Source: the human T2T-CHM13v2.0 reference genome, Homo sapiens. Taken from it: a DNA stretch of 64,000 bases. The notes beneath the pieces are model-generated. The model made no database searches. It was not told the DNA's origin and saw only the letters and a program-made list of their open reading frames with translations. Of this stretch, positions 23,757 through 37,459 are shown piece by piece. Location: NCBI RefSeq assembly GCF_009914755.1, contig NC_060942.1; one strand, written 5' to 3'. Made by a program: the position numbers and the translations under genes. Numbering within the stretch: position 1 is the stretch's first letter; every line of letters starts with the position of its first letter.

Positions 23757-26209
23757 TTAGGAAGTGTTGCTCTTGTAAGCAGGGTAGCCAGAAAAAGTTT
23801 CCCTTGTCTTCCTGAGGAAAGCAGGGGACTAATGTGGCAGAGATCTGGGGGGGGGGGGCATTCTAATATTTAGGCTAGCTTTGTGCTTCTGAATTTATCT
23901 CTTTGCAGATAGATTAGTCATGAGACTGAGCAGTAGTTGTTGAAATGTGGGAAGGAAAAATGTAGGCCATTTACAGGTCAGACTCTTAAAACTCACTGTA
24001 CTCTTCTCCTTGCTTTTTCTTTCTCTCTTTAGGACCAAAATCAAGGACTTAATCTCTGCTTAGAAGAGAGCTAACCAGAGGTGCTGTCATATTCTCACTG
24101 GACTGTAATATTAGCCAAAAAAAAAAAAAAAAGATATTGTATTAAACCACTTAGGTTTGTAGTATATTTTTCAAATCAGCAAGTGTTATTTACCTTATAT
24201 TCTAGTTCTAGAGCTATCAGAGAGTAGAATGTTCCAGGAAGAGGTCCTGAGTCTGGATCAAGTTCAAGGATTCCAGGGTATAAGGAAAAGAGCTAGAGAA
24301 GGAGAGAGGTAAGAAATGAGGTCAGGAGATAAGATGGACAATTATGAGGTGCCATTGTTAGACCTGGCTTTTACTCTGAGAAAGAGCGTTTATACTGAGA
24401 GAGAGAGAGGATCTAACTTTTATTTTAAAATGGTCATTTTGGCTGCTGTGTTACGAGCTGATGTTGGAGGTGGTGAAAAAAAAGAGCAGCTTCTTAGGAG
24501 GATATTGCAATAATGCAGGTGTAAAGTGATGATGGCTTGAAACAGGTGGTACAGGGGTGGGTGAGATATGTGATGTAAGAGAAAAATATTAATCAAGGAT
24601 GAACATTAGGTTTTCCACATCAGCATCTGGAAGAAAGTATTTGCCATTGTTAATGAGATTGTGCATGTTCAGGATGATATGGCCGTAGAGAGTATTTACC
24701 ATTACTGAGAAGAAGACTTGAAAATTTTATTGGAAGAGGGAAGTATGAGGGAGATCAAATATGGGCATGTTACATTTGAGATGCTTTTTAGATAGCCATG
24801 CAAATATTTAGAGTAGGCATTTAAATGTGGAAATATAAATTGGGAAATCATCCATGTGTAGATGATACGAGACTAGATGTGTTCAGTAGGGCAATGGGCA
24901 TTTTTAAAAGGAAATATCAATGGACTGAGTTTTAGTGCATCCCAAATTTCAAAGGCTGGAGAGTTGAGAAAGATCAAACAAAGAAATCTGAGCAGAATCT
25001 CATGAGAAGAATCAAGAAAATGGCATCCTGGAAATAAACTGGACAATGTGTTTCAAGAAGGAAAGGGATCAGCTAATTTAAGCACCACAGAGGTCAAGTA
25101 AGACAAGTACCAGGAATTTACCTGAACTTAGCAACTTTGAGATCAATAATGGTCTGGGTGGAGGATCTCATTTTGAAGTCATAGGCCTGAGAGTCTTCCA
25201 GGGCTAGATTAAGGAGAGAATTCTGTGGGAGAAACTGGAAACAGTTGGAAAAACTTTAATGTAAAGAAAAAGAGATAAATGGGGTGGGAAACGGAAGGAG
25301 ACCTTGGATCAAGAGAGGCTTTTTTCTGTTATCTATTATAGCTGTAAATTTATAAGAATTATCCTTTTAAAAGGGAAAAATTGGAAAGCCAGTGATATGC
25401 GAGAAAATAAGCGCCAATGCTAGAATGATACAACTGGGATCTAGTGAAGAGATGCCCTCCTTGGACAGAAGCATGGAAAAAATCTTCAGCAGTACTGAGA
25501 ACAAAAATGCACAGAAAAATTTCTCCACAGTGGTAGGAAGGATGATCAAGAGTCGGGAGAGATACAGGTAGAGTGATGATTTTCATGGTGGTAGTTTGTA
25601 TAAGTACTCTTCTGATTTTTACTATTGTCTTTGTATAATAAGAATCAAAGTCATTAGGTGAGATAAGAATTGGCCAGGAGTTGCTGGAAGGAGACAGAGA
25701 AAAATGGAAAATCTTTTAGGAATGTGAAAGAGTCAAAGGAGCAGACAACTATTAAAGCGTTGGTACTGATCACTAATAGACCACTTGAAGTTCATGGTTA
25801 GTAATTTATGGTAAAATCCGGCAAGCACAGTTGTGGGTTTTACCAAGCGAGGGTGAGAAACATGAAGCACAGAATTAGATTCAATTGGATTGGGGATTTT
25901 GTAAGGCTTCTATGATGAAAGGAGTGCATGGCAAGGAAATTGAAATCAGATGTTGGGAAATAAATATAAGCTTGATGAGGATGAGGATCTTGTTTATTTT
26001 TTTTTTTCACTGATGTGACTTGGGCACCTAGAAGAGAGCCAAGCACCTATAAGCATGTGATAAATATTTCTGGAGTGAATGAATTAAATCCAATGCCTTG
26101 ACACATCAATTGGGCTGGGAGGTACATGAAGACAGAATGGAGTTGACAGACAGAGTGAATAATGGTAGAATTCATGGGTTGTATATCTCAGAGGTGTAAC
26201 AGACATTTA

Positions 26210-26360
26210 AATGTGGGTGGGTGAACTGCTTGCCATTTTTGAGGCTTATCTTCTTCAAAGGTAAAATTATAATACATAATTACATGGAATCATGGCAATA
26301 ACTTACAAAATATGCTCAGCACAGTGCCTTGTATATAAAGAGCACGACTACCTATTCTCA
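26210..26360 (+). mobile_element. MIR fragment
   Basis: GTAAAATTATAATAC...AAATATGCTCAGCACAGTGCCTTGTATATAAAGAGCAC, the MIR 3' part. Confidence 0.6.
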
Positions 26361-28123
26361 GTCATTGTTGTACAGAGAGCACTATGTATTGTTTTCATTT
26401 TAATTCCTTAGCTTTAAACTAAAAACTTGCTTGCATCATACATGCCTGGATATCACTATATATTATTACCAAGAGATTGATTATATGACTAAAGTAAAAG
26501 GCAACTTGTTGAACTGAGAGGTAAGATTAATTAAATGTACTGTCTAGGGACTTCCAGGAAAATCAGAGTTCTTTCAATACACAAAGATTAAACTAGCATA
26601 AAACATTATCTAAAATATTAGCATCATATAGTATATAAAACCTTCTTAGAAGTTTCTCTTCTAGATAATGTATTTTCTCAAAATGTGTCTACAAGCATAA
26701 TGAATGAGAGCTAAGCATGGCAGCTGACAGCATCAGCTTTAGTAGAACAGATTAGATTCCATGTAACTAGTACAGATCTCTCTGTAAGATGTGAAGAGTG
26801 ATTAGCGTTGTGCAAATACATAAGGGAGCTGTGTTCCTCAGCTTCTCCTGCTCACTTGCCATCTCTCCATCATTCACTTTTAATTAAAAGATTAGTGGGT
26901 AGTTTTGAAAAAGAAAAAAGAAACAAGGGAGGAAGTTCCTGTCTCCTTCTATGGTTTCAAGTAGTAGGGTTATTGAAAGAAAGATTTGGATTGAAACGCA
27001 GATCTCATCTTTTCATATATGTAGCTTTTTTCTTGACCCATTATTTGAAGTTATAAATCAGTAAGAAACAGGATGACAGGAGCTCTATATTTAGTGTTTA
27101 AAGGTAGGTAGCAGGTTAGTTTTTTCTGTTTACTTGGGTTCTTTACTTGTATGTTTGCATTTAATGTCAGGTTGTTGACTGCAACTGAGTTAAGTTTATA
27201 TTTTGAATCTCTAAGTTAAAGTGGGTCAGGTTTGTTCACCCCACTTCTCAGCCATATCTAAATAATCTTCAATAGTGTTTTGATTTCCTTTATTCACATT
27301 TACCAACTACTGAATTTAATTGAATAGATAAGCAAAAGGTACTTCTGTTCTCAGGCCAGGAATGTAGAAAAATTTTACAGTGACTTAGAAAAACCACTGA
27401 ACAATAAGACATGGGACTTAGGTCCTTATTGTGGTTCTGCAGCTGACACATTGGGGTCTTGTTTTCTTACGGTTTAAATGGGAAGTCAATCTTGAAGGTC
27501 TCCAATGATCTTTATTCTGCAGGGGTTACATGAATGTGGATTGATTACTGGAGTTGATCTAAGAATGTTTACAGGTGTGCAATCTGTCCTGATGAGAGTG
27601 GAATTAGAAAGGCTAAGGCCAAATGTGTGTACATGCGTGTAGGTTTATATTTGAGAAATAGGCAAACCAGTGGCATAAACTACATTACAATCAGAAGGCA
27701 TTGCTGGGAGATGTAAGAATCATTTTTATCAGATAAGGCAGCTCAGGAAAGTGAAAAAGAATGTGTTTTCCCCTGGGGAATAAGGCTGAGATGATTCCAC
27801 TAGTGGGCCCTGCTCTTGCCTCTCTCTCCTGTACTTCACATTGGCAGAGCCTTTGAAGATAAAGGCAAGAAGGAGACATTTCTCAGCCACTCCACAAAGA
27901 CAGTAACATCAAGCCATATGAAAGGAAAATAATTTAGTGGGAATCACACACATTTTCAATTCCTCTTTGATTTGTGTAGTAAGCGGGAATGAGTTTTGAA
28001 TATATTTAATTGAAGAAACCACTTCCAGAATCCCTTTTAAGAATCATCCCCACATTATTATTTTCCATAAATGGATATGAAAATAATTAATATGTGTTGA
28101 ATTTGATAATTCCTATATTAGAT

Positions 28124-28328
28124 ATTTATTTATTTGGATACAGGATCTCGCTCTGTCACCCAAGCTGGAGTGCAGTGTCACTCTCATAACTTTTTTTGTT
28201 TTATTTTTAGTAGAGATGAGGTCTCACTATGTTGCCCAAGCTGGTCTCTAACTCCTGAGCTCAAGCAATCCTCCTGCCTTGGCCTTCCAAAATGTTTGTA
28301 TTATAGGCGTTAAGTGCCATACCTGGCC
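28124..28328 (-). mobile_element. AluJ with most of the right arm deleted
   Basis: Alu 3' end (TCTCGCTCTGTCACCCAAGCTGGAGTGCAGTG) joined to linker and left arm (CTCCTGAGCTCAAGCAATCCTCCTGCC). Confidence 0.85.
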
Positions 28329-28684
28329 CATAATTCTTATCTTGCAGAAGGCAGAATAATAATGATTTACACGGATCATTGTCAAGCATATTTTAAGGTC
28401 ATCAACATTATTAGAATGTTAAATAACAGAATGCATAGACCAAAGTGTATACATAGACCAAATGTATGTATTGCCTTGCCCAAAGGCAAATGTGTCTCTT
28501 TTTCAGGGAGAGAGGGACATGACAGTGTGGCCAGGCAACCTCCATCCATACAGTCTTCCAGGCTGACTGAGGCACTTCCATCACTGCAATCTTCAACATT
28601 CCTCAGTCATCTGGTTATCCTGGAACCTGTGAACTAGAAGTAGAAAGAGCATGAGGAACATTTGCAGGACTTTTTTGTCCTGCA

Positions 28685-29706
28685 AATTTTATACATTAAA
28701 GTGTGTAACATAGTGTTTTGATATACATATGCATAGTTAAAACACTACTGTCAAGACAATTAACATATCGTTCATCTCATATTGTTAACTTTTTTGTGGC
28801 ATACACTATTACCAGGTAGAGTCCTCATGCTCTATATTAGATCCTAAATACAGTTATCCTAAGTAATTGCAATTTTATACCCTTTGTCCTATATCTTCTT
28901 ATCTCCAACCCACTTTGTCTCTGGTAACTGCTGTTCCTACTCTCTGTATCTGTTTATTGAACATATTTTTAGATTCCACACGAGAGAGATCACGCAGTAT
29001 TTTTTGTATGTGCCTGGTTTATTTCACATAGCATAATGTTCTCCAGGTTATCTATGTCGTCTCAAATGGTAGGATCACCTTCTTTTGTTTAAAGGATGAA
29101 TAATATTCCATTATATGATGTGCATATGTATATGTATCATGATATCTTTCTCTGGCCATTCATATACAGATACGTTGTTTCTATATCTTGGCTATCAGGA
29201 ATAATGCTGCAATGAACATAGGAGTGCAGATATCTTTATGAAGTACTGATTTCATTTCCTTTTGGTATATGCCCAGAAGAACGATTGTGGGGTCATATAG
29301 TAGTTCTATTTTTAATTAAAAAAATTAATTTCTTATTTTGAGATGGAGTCTTGCCCTCACCCTGGCTGGAGTACCCTGGCGTGATCTTGGCTCACTACAA
29401 CCCCCGTCTCCCGGGTTCAAGTGATTTTCATGCCTCAGCCTCCCAAGTAGCTGGGATTACAGACAAACACCACCATGCCCAGCCAATTTTTGTATTTTTA
29501 ATAGAGATGGGGTTTCACCATGTTGGCCAGGTGGGTCTTGAACTCCTGGGCTCAAGTGATTCCCCCACCTTGGCCACCCAGAGTTTGGGGATTACAGGCA
29601 TGAGCCACTGCGCCCAGCCCTCTATTTTTAATTTTTCGAGAAACCTCCATACTTCTTTCCATTATGGCTGTACCAATTTACGTTCCTACCAACAATACAC
29701 AAGGGT
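28685..29706 (-). mobile_element. L1MA/L1MB 3' end, interrupted by an Alu
   Basis: TTTTAGATTCCACA...TTTCACATAGCATAATG...GCTGCAATGAACATAGGAGTGCAGATATCT...GGCTGTACCAATTTAC. Confidence 0.88.
29318..29620 (-). mobile_element. Alu (AluJb/old AluS), full length
   Basis: Antisense dimeric Alu; 13-bp TSD TCTATTTTTAATT at 29305-29317 and 29621-29633. Confidence 0.93.
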
Positions 29707-30135
29707 TTCCTGAGAAAATCTTTTTTTTTTCGGATGAAGATAGTGGGCTTTACTCGAAAAGAATGGAGGGATCTATTAGCAAAAAGTTGTATAAAATTCA
29801 AATTCCTAAAACGTCTATAGGTCAGACATATAACATTCTTCATAATTAGTGATTAAAGACCCTAGAATTTCATTTTAATTTTACTAAGACACTAATTTGA
29901 GAAATTGTGATACTCTTGTAAGAGCTTCTGGGAATTAACTCAAGGCCTGTGCACACAATCTGCCAAGCTTCTACATCTTGACCTGATTTTGTGGCACTTT
30001 GTTATGTCTTGTCCATATTTTAGGGAGAAAATTACATGCTTTGTGAATTTAAGATTTTATAGAGGTCTCAGGATTCCTTCTGAATGCCCAAAGCCTACTG
30101 TATTACAGGTTTTGATATTTGAGGTAATTTTATGA

Positions 30136-30503
<368 letters not shown>

Positions 30504-30624
30504 TGAGAGTATATTGCTGAACATTTTGCAAAGGGGGATGGGCAGTGAAAAGAAGGCACCATGAGAAAACAGTGTGTTAACTTGAGTCCAGGAGTCTGAA
30601 GCTGTAGTGCACTATGACTGCATC

Positions 30625-30713
30625 TGTGTGTGTGTGTGTGTGTCTGTGTGTGTGTGTCTGTGTGTCTCTCTCTCTCTGTGTGTGTGTGTCTGTGTGTGTC
30701 TCTGTGTGTGTGT
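30625..30713. repeat. Compound (TG)n/(TC)n microsatellite following a ~45-bp 7SL/FAM-like fragment (30581-30626)
   Basis: Direct reading; preceding CTTGAGTCCAGGAGTCTGAAGCTGTAGTGCACTATGA resembles a 7SL-derived Alu monomer. Confidence 0.85.
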
Positions 30714-30729
30714 TTAGAACTATATATGT

Positions 30730-31033
<304 letters not shown>

Positions 31034-31684
31034 CTATATATGTTATGTAGCATTTGTAGTGTCACATTATATCTTTATTAAGTATATTTAAATGTGGTGG
31101 ATACAGAAGTCCCACCAAACTTTATAGTACAGTTTCTTAGGGTTGAAAAATATACTTGCTGTTTTCTATTGTCTACAAAATACACTGTACTAACTGCACT
31201 CCTGTTTATGGTACCAAAATATCTAAAGGATTAAAACTTAAGACACAAATCAAACATATCTGGGAAAGAAAACAAATTTCTATCCACATAAAATGTTTAG
31301 GATAGTGTTGTTTCATTTTTAAATACAGATTCCAGAAGGATTTTAAAGAGGAAGCTGAAGTCAACATTTTCTACAGTGACCTGCACAGTTGCTGACCCAC
31401 TTGACGGAGATACTGGGTACTCCACACCTAACTTATGTCTTGGCCCCTTGTTTCCTACTGTCTTGTTTCTTCTCTCCTACTTACTGATTTATTTTACTCA
31501 GATCTTCAGGCTCAGCTGCTATCTTCTAGGGCATACATTTTTTCAATTCATACAATAACTAGTTAAATCAAGACATGACAGTCTATCTTTGACCTTATGC
31601 CTCCATCTTTTTGTAATTTGGCTTCTGTCCTGTCTGAAACCGTTCTAAGCACTGTGGCTTACTTTTACTTTCATTTGGTTCCCG

Positions 31685-33196
31685 TGATGGTAGCAGCCCT
31701 CCAGACAACCTGCCACTGCCATCACCCGGCTGGAGCAGGGAGGCGTGGTTGGGGCTGCCTACTGTGTGGAGCCAGGGGACCGTGGACAAGCTGGAGCCCC
31801 ACCCCTTCTGAGTTGGGGTGGTAGCTCCCCGGGTGCTGCTGCAGCTGCCCAAACCAGGGCTGCATACCCAGCCTCGCTCCGTGGAGCAGGCAGGAGTCCT
31901 GCCCCACTCCCGGGTGCAGCTGCAGCTGCCCAAACAGCGGCTGCAGACTCAGGCATCCTTACACTCTTGGAGGCCTGGGAAAACCTCCCTGCACTCTCGC
32001 TCAGGAAGGCCCCTGTCCTTGCAGGCTCGGAGGTGCCTGTTCTTGATGTCTGGTTTCTCTCTTTTTTTGTGCCAGGAGATAGGAGCAAAGTCAGGCAGCC
32101 TGGTTGCCTTGAACAGCAGTAGAAGGATGGCAGGTTCATGGGCAGAAGGGGGCAGGTCCCCGTGAAGCCCCGCCTTTAGGCCGGGGAAGGTCTGAAGCCT
32201 GGGGCAGGCTGCCAGTCTGAGGGGGATCTTGTGGTGCTTTTACGTGGGCCTGCCCATGGCTGCCCATGTAACAATCAGCATGCCCTTCCCCGCTCTGAGG
32301 CCCACAGAAGCCCTGGGCTCAGCCACAGCAGAGCAGAGAAGCAGATAACCAGCTGCAGAGAGGAGCTAGGAGCTACTTTGCTGATAGCTGGAGAATGTAG
32401 GGACAACCAGCGGCAGAGAGGAGCTTCCACTCCAGGGAGACCTGTCTGTAGAGAGGAGCAACCTAACCCAGGGCTTTCTACGCTCTGCTGAGAGCTGAAC
32501 ACTCGTCCAGACACCCTGGCTACAGAAAAGAGCTATCTACAGCAGGTCTCTGAGCTATTCTACTGCTCAATAAAGCTCTTCTTCCTCTTGCTCATCCTCC
32601 GCTTGTCTCTGTGCCTCATCTTTCTGGTTGCAGGACGAGAACTTGGGGCCTGTCAAATGGCAAGTCTAGAAGAGCTGTACCACAAACCCACAAACAGGAC
32701 TGAAACATGCCCTTTGCTCACCTCGTTGTGGGCGAACAGAGGGAGAGAAGAGCTACAGCCCTTGTAGGAGCCCAGACCTGGGAGCTCTCCTAACCAGGGC
32801 TGTTAGTCCCTCTTTAAGGCCCTGCGGTTCCTGGCATCTCAGAGCTTCTGGGTGCCACCACATTCTCCAGTGCCAGCTGCTTGTGGGGTGCCTGTCCAGC
32901 TGCAGCCTTGCAGAGAGCTGGCACCCATGCCAGCACCTGGTGCTGCCTGCATTGCAGTAGCTGAAGGGTCTGACTGCGTAGAAGCTGGACCTCACGCTTG
33001 CTGACACACCCCTCGCCACTCCATGCCTAACTCACCCTTGGGAGGCATGGGATACAGGCTAGTAGCTTGAGCCAAGCATAGCCTGCCAGGCTGAGTGGGT
33101 GGAACTAGCCCAGCAGGCCGAGCAAAACTCAGGAAAAGGCACCACTGGACAGAGGTTTTAGGCCAGAAAATCTACACCCCCAAGGATCCCATAACA
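31685..33196 (+). mobile_element. MER52 (ERV1) solo LTR, GC-rich, about 1.5 kb
   Basis: Begins TGATGG...GCCATCACCCGGCTGGAGCAGGGAGGCG, AATAAAGCTCTTCTTC poly-A signal at ~32569, ends ACACCCCCAAGGATCCCATAACA, as in the MER52 consensus I recall. Confidence 0.85.
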
Positions 33197-33546
33197 CTAT
33201 TGTGCCTGAAATCCTGACTTGGTTGTCTGACGCAGTTTTCCTTGGCCAATCCCCCTACTTGAGACTAGACACACGTCCTCCATCTGTAATAGTGCTGGAC
33301 CTGGACCTCAGCTCCAGCTATGTTAGAAGGCGTACATTTCCTGAAGACTTCATACCTCTATTCTATCAGTCCTAGAGCCGCTGAGTGGTTCTGATTGTTT
33401 TACAAACTGAAAAATTAAGCCAAAAATAATATCTAGGAACGTCTCTCACTCTCTCACAGATTCCAGTATCAAGATAAATTAAGTTTATCATAGCTTTTAC
33501 TTAAGCAAACAAGCTATATCAAGACCCCCATACATGCTTTGAAGTT

Positions 33547-33764
33547 CATCCTAAGTGTTATGGATTATGAAAAATTTGCTGTAATAAATGTTCAGTGGAT
33601 GAACATCTAGTACCTTTTACCCAAGTGTGATTATATTTGGCCTCAGAATAAATAATACAGTCTTTTCCAACCTCTCAACAGTTGCCAAAGTGCAGGAAAG
33701 GATAAGATTATGGCGTGAAATAATTCACGTGAAGCAGTTCATTAGGAAATACATACTGAGCTTC
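33547..33764 (+). repeat. 218-bp dispersed direct repeat, copy 1
   Basis: About 95% identical to 37242-37459 by manual alignment. Confidence 0.95.
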
Positions 33765-34347
33765 AAAAACACTTTGTGTATGCGTGTGTTTGTGTGTGAA
33801 AAAGAAAAATAAGACAAGAATAAAATTGTGTAAGGTGATTGAAGAAAAAGCACACTAATGTTCCTTTAGGTATCGTGCATATATACACAAGATATAGAGA
33901 AAAGGGAGGGTTAGAAGCATTATGGCATTTTTCAAAGAACTAGATATCAGTTTCTTTGAAATTTTTATTACATTTTACTCTGCTCTCTTGTCTAGAATAC
34001 ATTCAAGTGCACGTGTTTGCTGCTGCTAGAAGTTTGCCTATGAAATTCAGATTTATGGTTACCCTGGAATAAATTATAAAGCTGCTTTTCAAATCTCACA
34101 CACAAAAAAACATGATTACATAATTGAGTTTCTGATCCTGCAGGCCCCTGAACTTCTGTTTGTGAAATGTTATTATGAAATCTTATTTCTCCATACTACG
34201 GTTTTCTCATCAGTCCTGTCCTAGTAGTGTCATTTCATGTTAAGCTGACTGATGAGATACAATAACACTCCATAAGGATACATTGCCTTAATTTTAATCT
34301 CAGATTATTTTGACTTGTAAAATGAATTTTCTTTATGTATTACCAGG

Positions 34348-34859
34348 TATTATGGTTAATTTTATGTGTGCATTTGGCTAGGCATCAGTACCCAGATATT
34401 TGGGCAAACATGATTCTGCATGTATTATGAAGGTATTTTTTAGGTAAGATTAACATTTAAAACAGCTGAATTTGAGCAATTACATTCCAAAGCAGATTAC
34501 ATTCCATTATGCTGGTAGGCCTCATCCAATTAGTTGAAGGCCTTAATAGAAAACTGCCTTCAAACTCAAACTGAAGCATCAACTCTTACCTGGGTCTTCA
34601 GCCTGCTAGCCTATCCTTCAGATTTTGGAATTGCTAGCTCCCACAATTTTGTAACCTAATTCCTTAAAATCTCTCTCTCTCTTTCTCTCTCCAGAATTAT
34701 CAATAGGCTATATGTGCCTATATATATACATATACATACACATATGTATATATACATCTGTGTATATATAAACACGTGTATATACATACACATACACATC
34801 TGTATATATATGTGTGTGTGTATATATATGTTTCTGTTTCTCTGGATGATATTAATACA
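34348..34859 (+). mobile_element. MLT2 (MLT2B/C/D-like) solo LTR with internal (TC)n and (TA/CA)n tracts
   Basis: TATTATGGTTAATTTTATGTG...CCCAGATATTTGG...CTCATCCAATTAGTTGAAGGCCTTAATAGA...TAATACA; near-TSD CCAGG/CCAGT. Confidence 0.85.
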
Positions 34860-36237
34860 CCAGTCAAAATGTTAGCTGCATTATAAATATAAATGGTTCT
34901 AAATGCCTCTTCTAGGCAAAATTATTATCACTCAATGATTGTACTTTCTTCAATTTTTGTATAAGCACACTGAATTCTTATATATTTTGGGAGAATGATG
35001 CTATATTTTCTTTATATTCATTAGCAGGTTAGTGTGAATTAATTTGTCCTATCACTTTGATTCAAGTGTTGGCCAGGAGAATTGGTTAAATTACTACTAA
35101 GTGGTTAGAAAAAGCTGGATATACAAAATGATTCCTTAGGAGAAAGAGGATCTCATATGAATGTTTTTCTCAGGTAATAGATTAGGATCAGGTTAGGATT
35201 AGGGATGGGAAGAAAAGAAGACAGATTCCCTGTGTGCTCAAGTAAGCCACAGTGGAGAATTAAACCAACAAGCAAATAAAACCTTGACCAAAACTTTAGG
35301 AGAAAGGGGGAGTGTTAGGCTTGAATCTAGAATAATATCTCCTGAGAAAGTGATAAACATAATTAAACAAAAAAGTATTTCCATGGAAGGCAATTGTAGT
35401 ATAGTAAAAGGTAGTATTGACCCCAAACTCCAGATGTGAGTTATAATTCAATAAACTTAGGCAAGTTTTATTATTTACTCCAAGTCGTAGTTTACTCATG
35501 TTTCATGCTAATATTAAGGCCCCAAGATTTTAAGAAAATGTGTCATGTAAAATATTCATTAGTTCTAAAATCTTGCTGTGAAACAGGCTTTAAAAAAAGT
35601 ATGTAGAGTTCTTTAAAAGTTTAGTCTACTGGGACTCTACCTCAGAAATACTGGTTTAGAATCTCTGAGCACTGGTACCTCTAAACTATCTCTGGAAAAC
35701 TGTCTTCAGCTAATACTGATCCAGTTGTTGAATGTATATGCCTTTGAAATTTATTGAGCTCTGAAATGTCTTGTTCACTAAATGGCCTAGAGATAATTCT
35801 CCATGAAAAGATGATCCTGAATGGGTGCTATGAATGAATGGGTCTTCATGCCTTCCTGTTTCTCTTGCCATCATATGGCAAATTTCCACTATGTGAAGGA
35901 TTCTATGTGTGACACTATGTGAGATACAAACCCAATATATAGCAAGAGACAGCTTTCAAGAAGGTACTATTTTTTAGTAAGGCAATATAAATTCACAAAT
36001 ACCTATAAAACATGATGAAATACAGAAAATTGCATAATAGACACACATGACTGATTTCTAAGTTATGGGGATAGATACCAAGGAATGAAAAAGAAATGTC
36101 AATTTCCATGAATTTTTAAAATATGTGCAGCAAGTAAATTGAGAGGATTCTGTCAATTGAAGAATGATGAGGTTCATAAATTTGGAAAGGAGAGACTTAT
36201 TTCTTATAAAGAGTTGCAGCCTGCCTGGTGGATATTC

Positions 36238-36520
36238 TTTTTCTGTTTTCCTTTTGACACAGGGTCTCACTTTATTGTGCAGGCTGGAGTGCAGTTGTAC
36301 CATCATGGCTCACTGCAGCCTCAATCTCCCAGGCCCAGGAAATTCTCCCACTTCAGCCTCCTGAGTAGCTGGGACAGCAGGAATGCACCACCATGCCTGG
36401 TTAAATTTTTAAATTTGTGTAGAGATGGAGTCTCACTATGTTGCCCAGGCTTGTCTTGAACTCCTGGGCTCAAGCGATCCTCCTTTATCAGCCTCTCAAA
36501 AGGCTGGGCTGGAATTACAA
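36238..36520 (-). mobile_element. AluJ
   Basis: GACACAGGGTCTCAC...ATGGCTCACTGCAGCCTC...CTCCTGGGCTCAAGCGATCC; Alu 5' end degraded. Confidence 0.9.
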
Positions 36521-37241
36521 GAAGATACATTCCTTCTTGTATTAGTAAGGAAAGCGTATTAAGAGCAAAATTTCCAGAGAATAATTTCATTTTAGGTAAT
36601 GGGAAAAAAATAGTGATGAATGTAGAGATATTTTTATTTGTAGGTAAGATCTTCAAGAGCTGAGAGAATTTTTTTATAGAGAAGCTGTAGTATATAGACT
36701 GTGAAGTAGAAGAAATTTTACATAGGGCAATATCACAAAGTTGATTATTTTTTCATAATTTAGTTTTGTTTTCTTAAATAAATTACAATATGGGTATATC
36801 TCATACTTTAACAGTCTTTCCTATATACAAAGTATAAGATTTGTAGTTTTCTTGGTAAATATATAAGTGATTGAATAAAGTGATTGGACTATTAAGAGAG
36901 GATTCATTCCTACCTTAGTAATAATTTCTACATAAGATACAGAAGTAAACTTTTTATTTATTTTATTGATTCATATTCTGAAAAAGTTTCCTGTAGAAAG
37001 AGTTAAAGTGAATGTACTATATCAACCTTCAAATTTATAAGACATTTTGCATTTTCTAAATTCCTTGTAGATACTTAAAAAGATAACTTTTTCAAAATCA
37101 ACCTATTCGTTTATAAATTGATAAAAACCTAGTCTTATGTGGGTGATTTTTGCCAGGATATTCATAGCCCAAATAATATTTTAGTGAAAAAAATTCAAAT
37201 TTATTAATGCTGAATTCAATCAAGATAAAAATTGATGTAAA

Positions 37242-37459
37242 CATCCTAAGTGTTATGGATTATGAAAATTTGCTGTAATAAATGTTCAGTGGATGAACAT
37301 CTAGTATCTTTTACCCAAGTATGATTATATTTTGGCCTCAGAATAAATAATACAGTCTTTTCCAGCCTCTCAACAGTTGCCAAAGTATAGGAGAGGATAA
37401 GATTATGGCATGAAATAATTCACATGAAGCAGTTCATTAGGAAATACATACTGAGCTTC
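37242..37459 (+). repeat. 218-bp dispersed direct repeat, copy 2
   Basis: About 95% identical to 33547-33764. Confidence 0.95.

Noticed and set aside
31595-33019. Several overlapping 60-126 aa Ala/Pro/Gly-rich ORFs on both strands
   Set aside because: Expected by-product of the GC-rich MER52 LTR; no recognisable domain.
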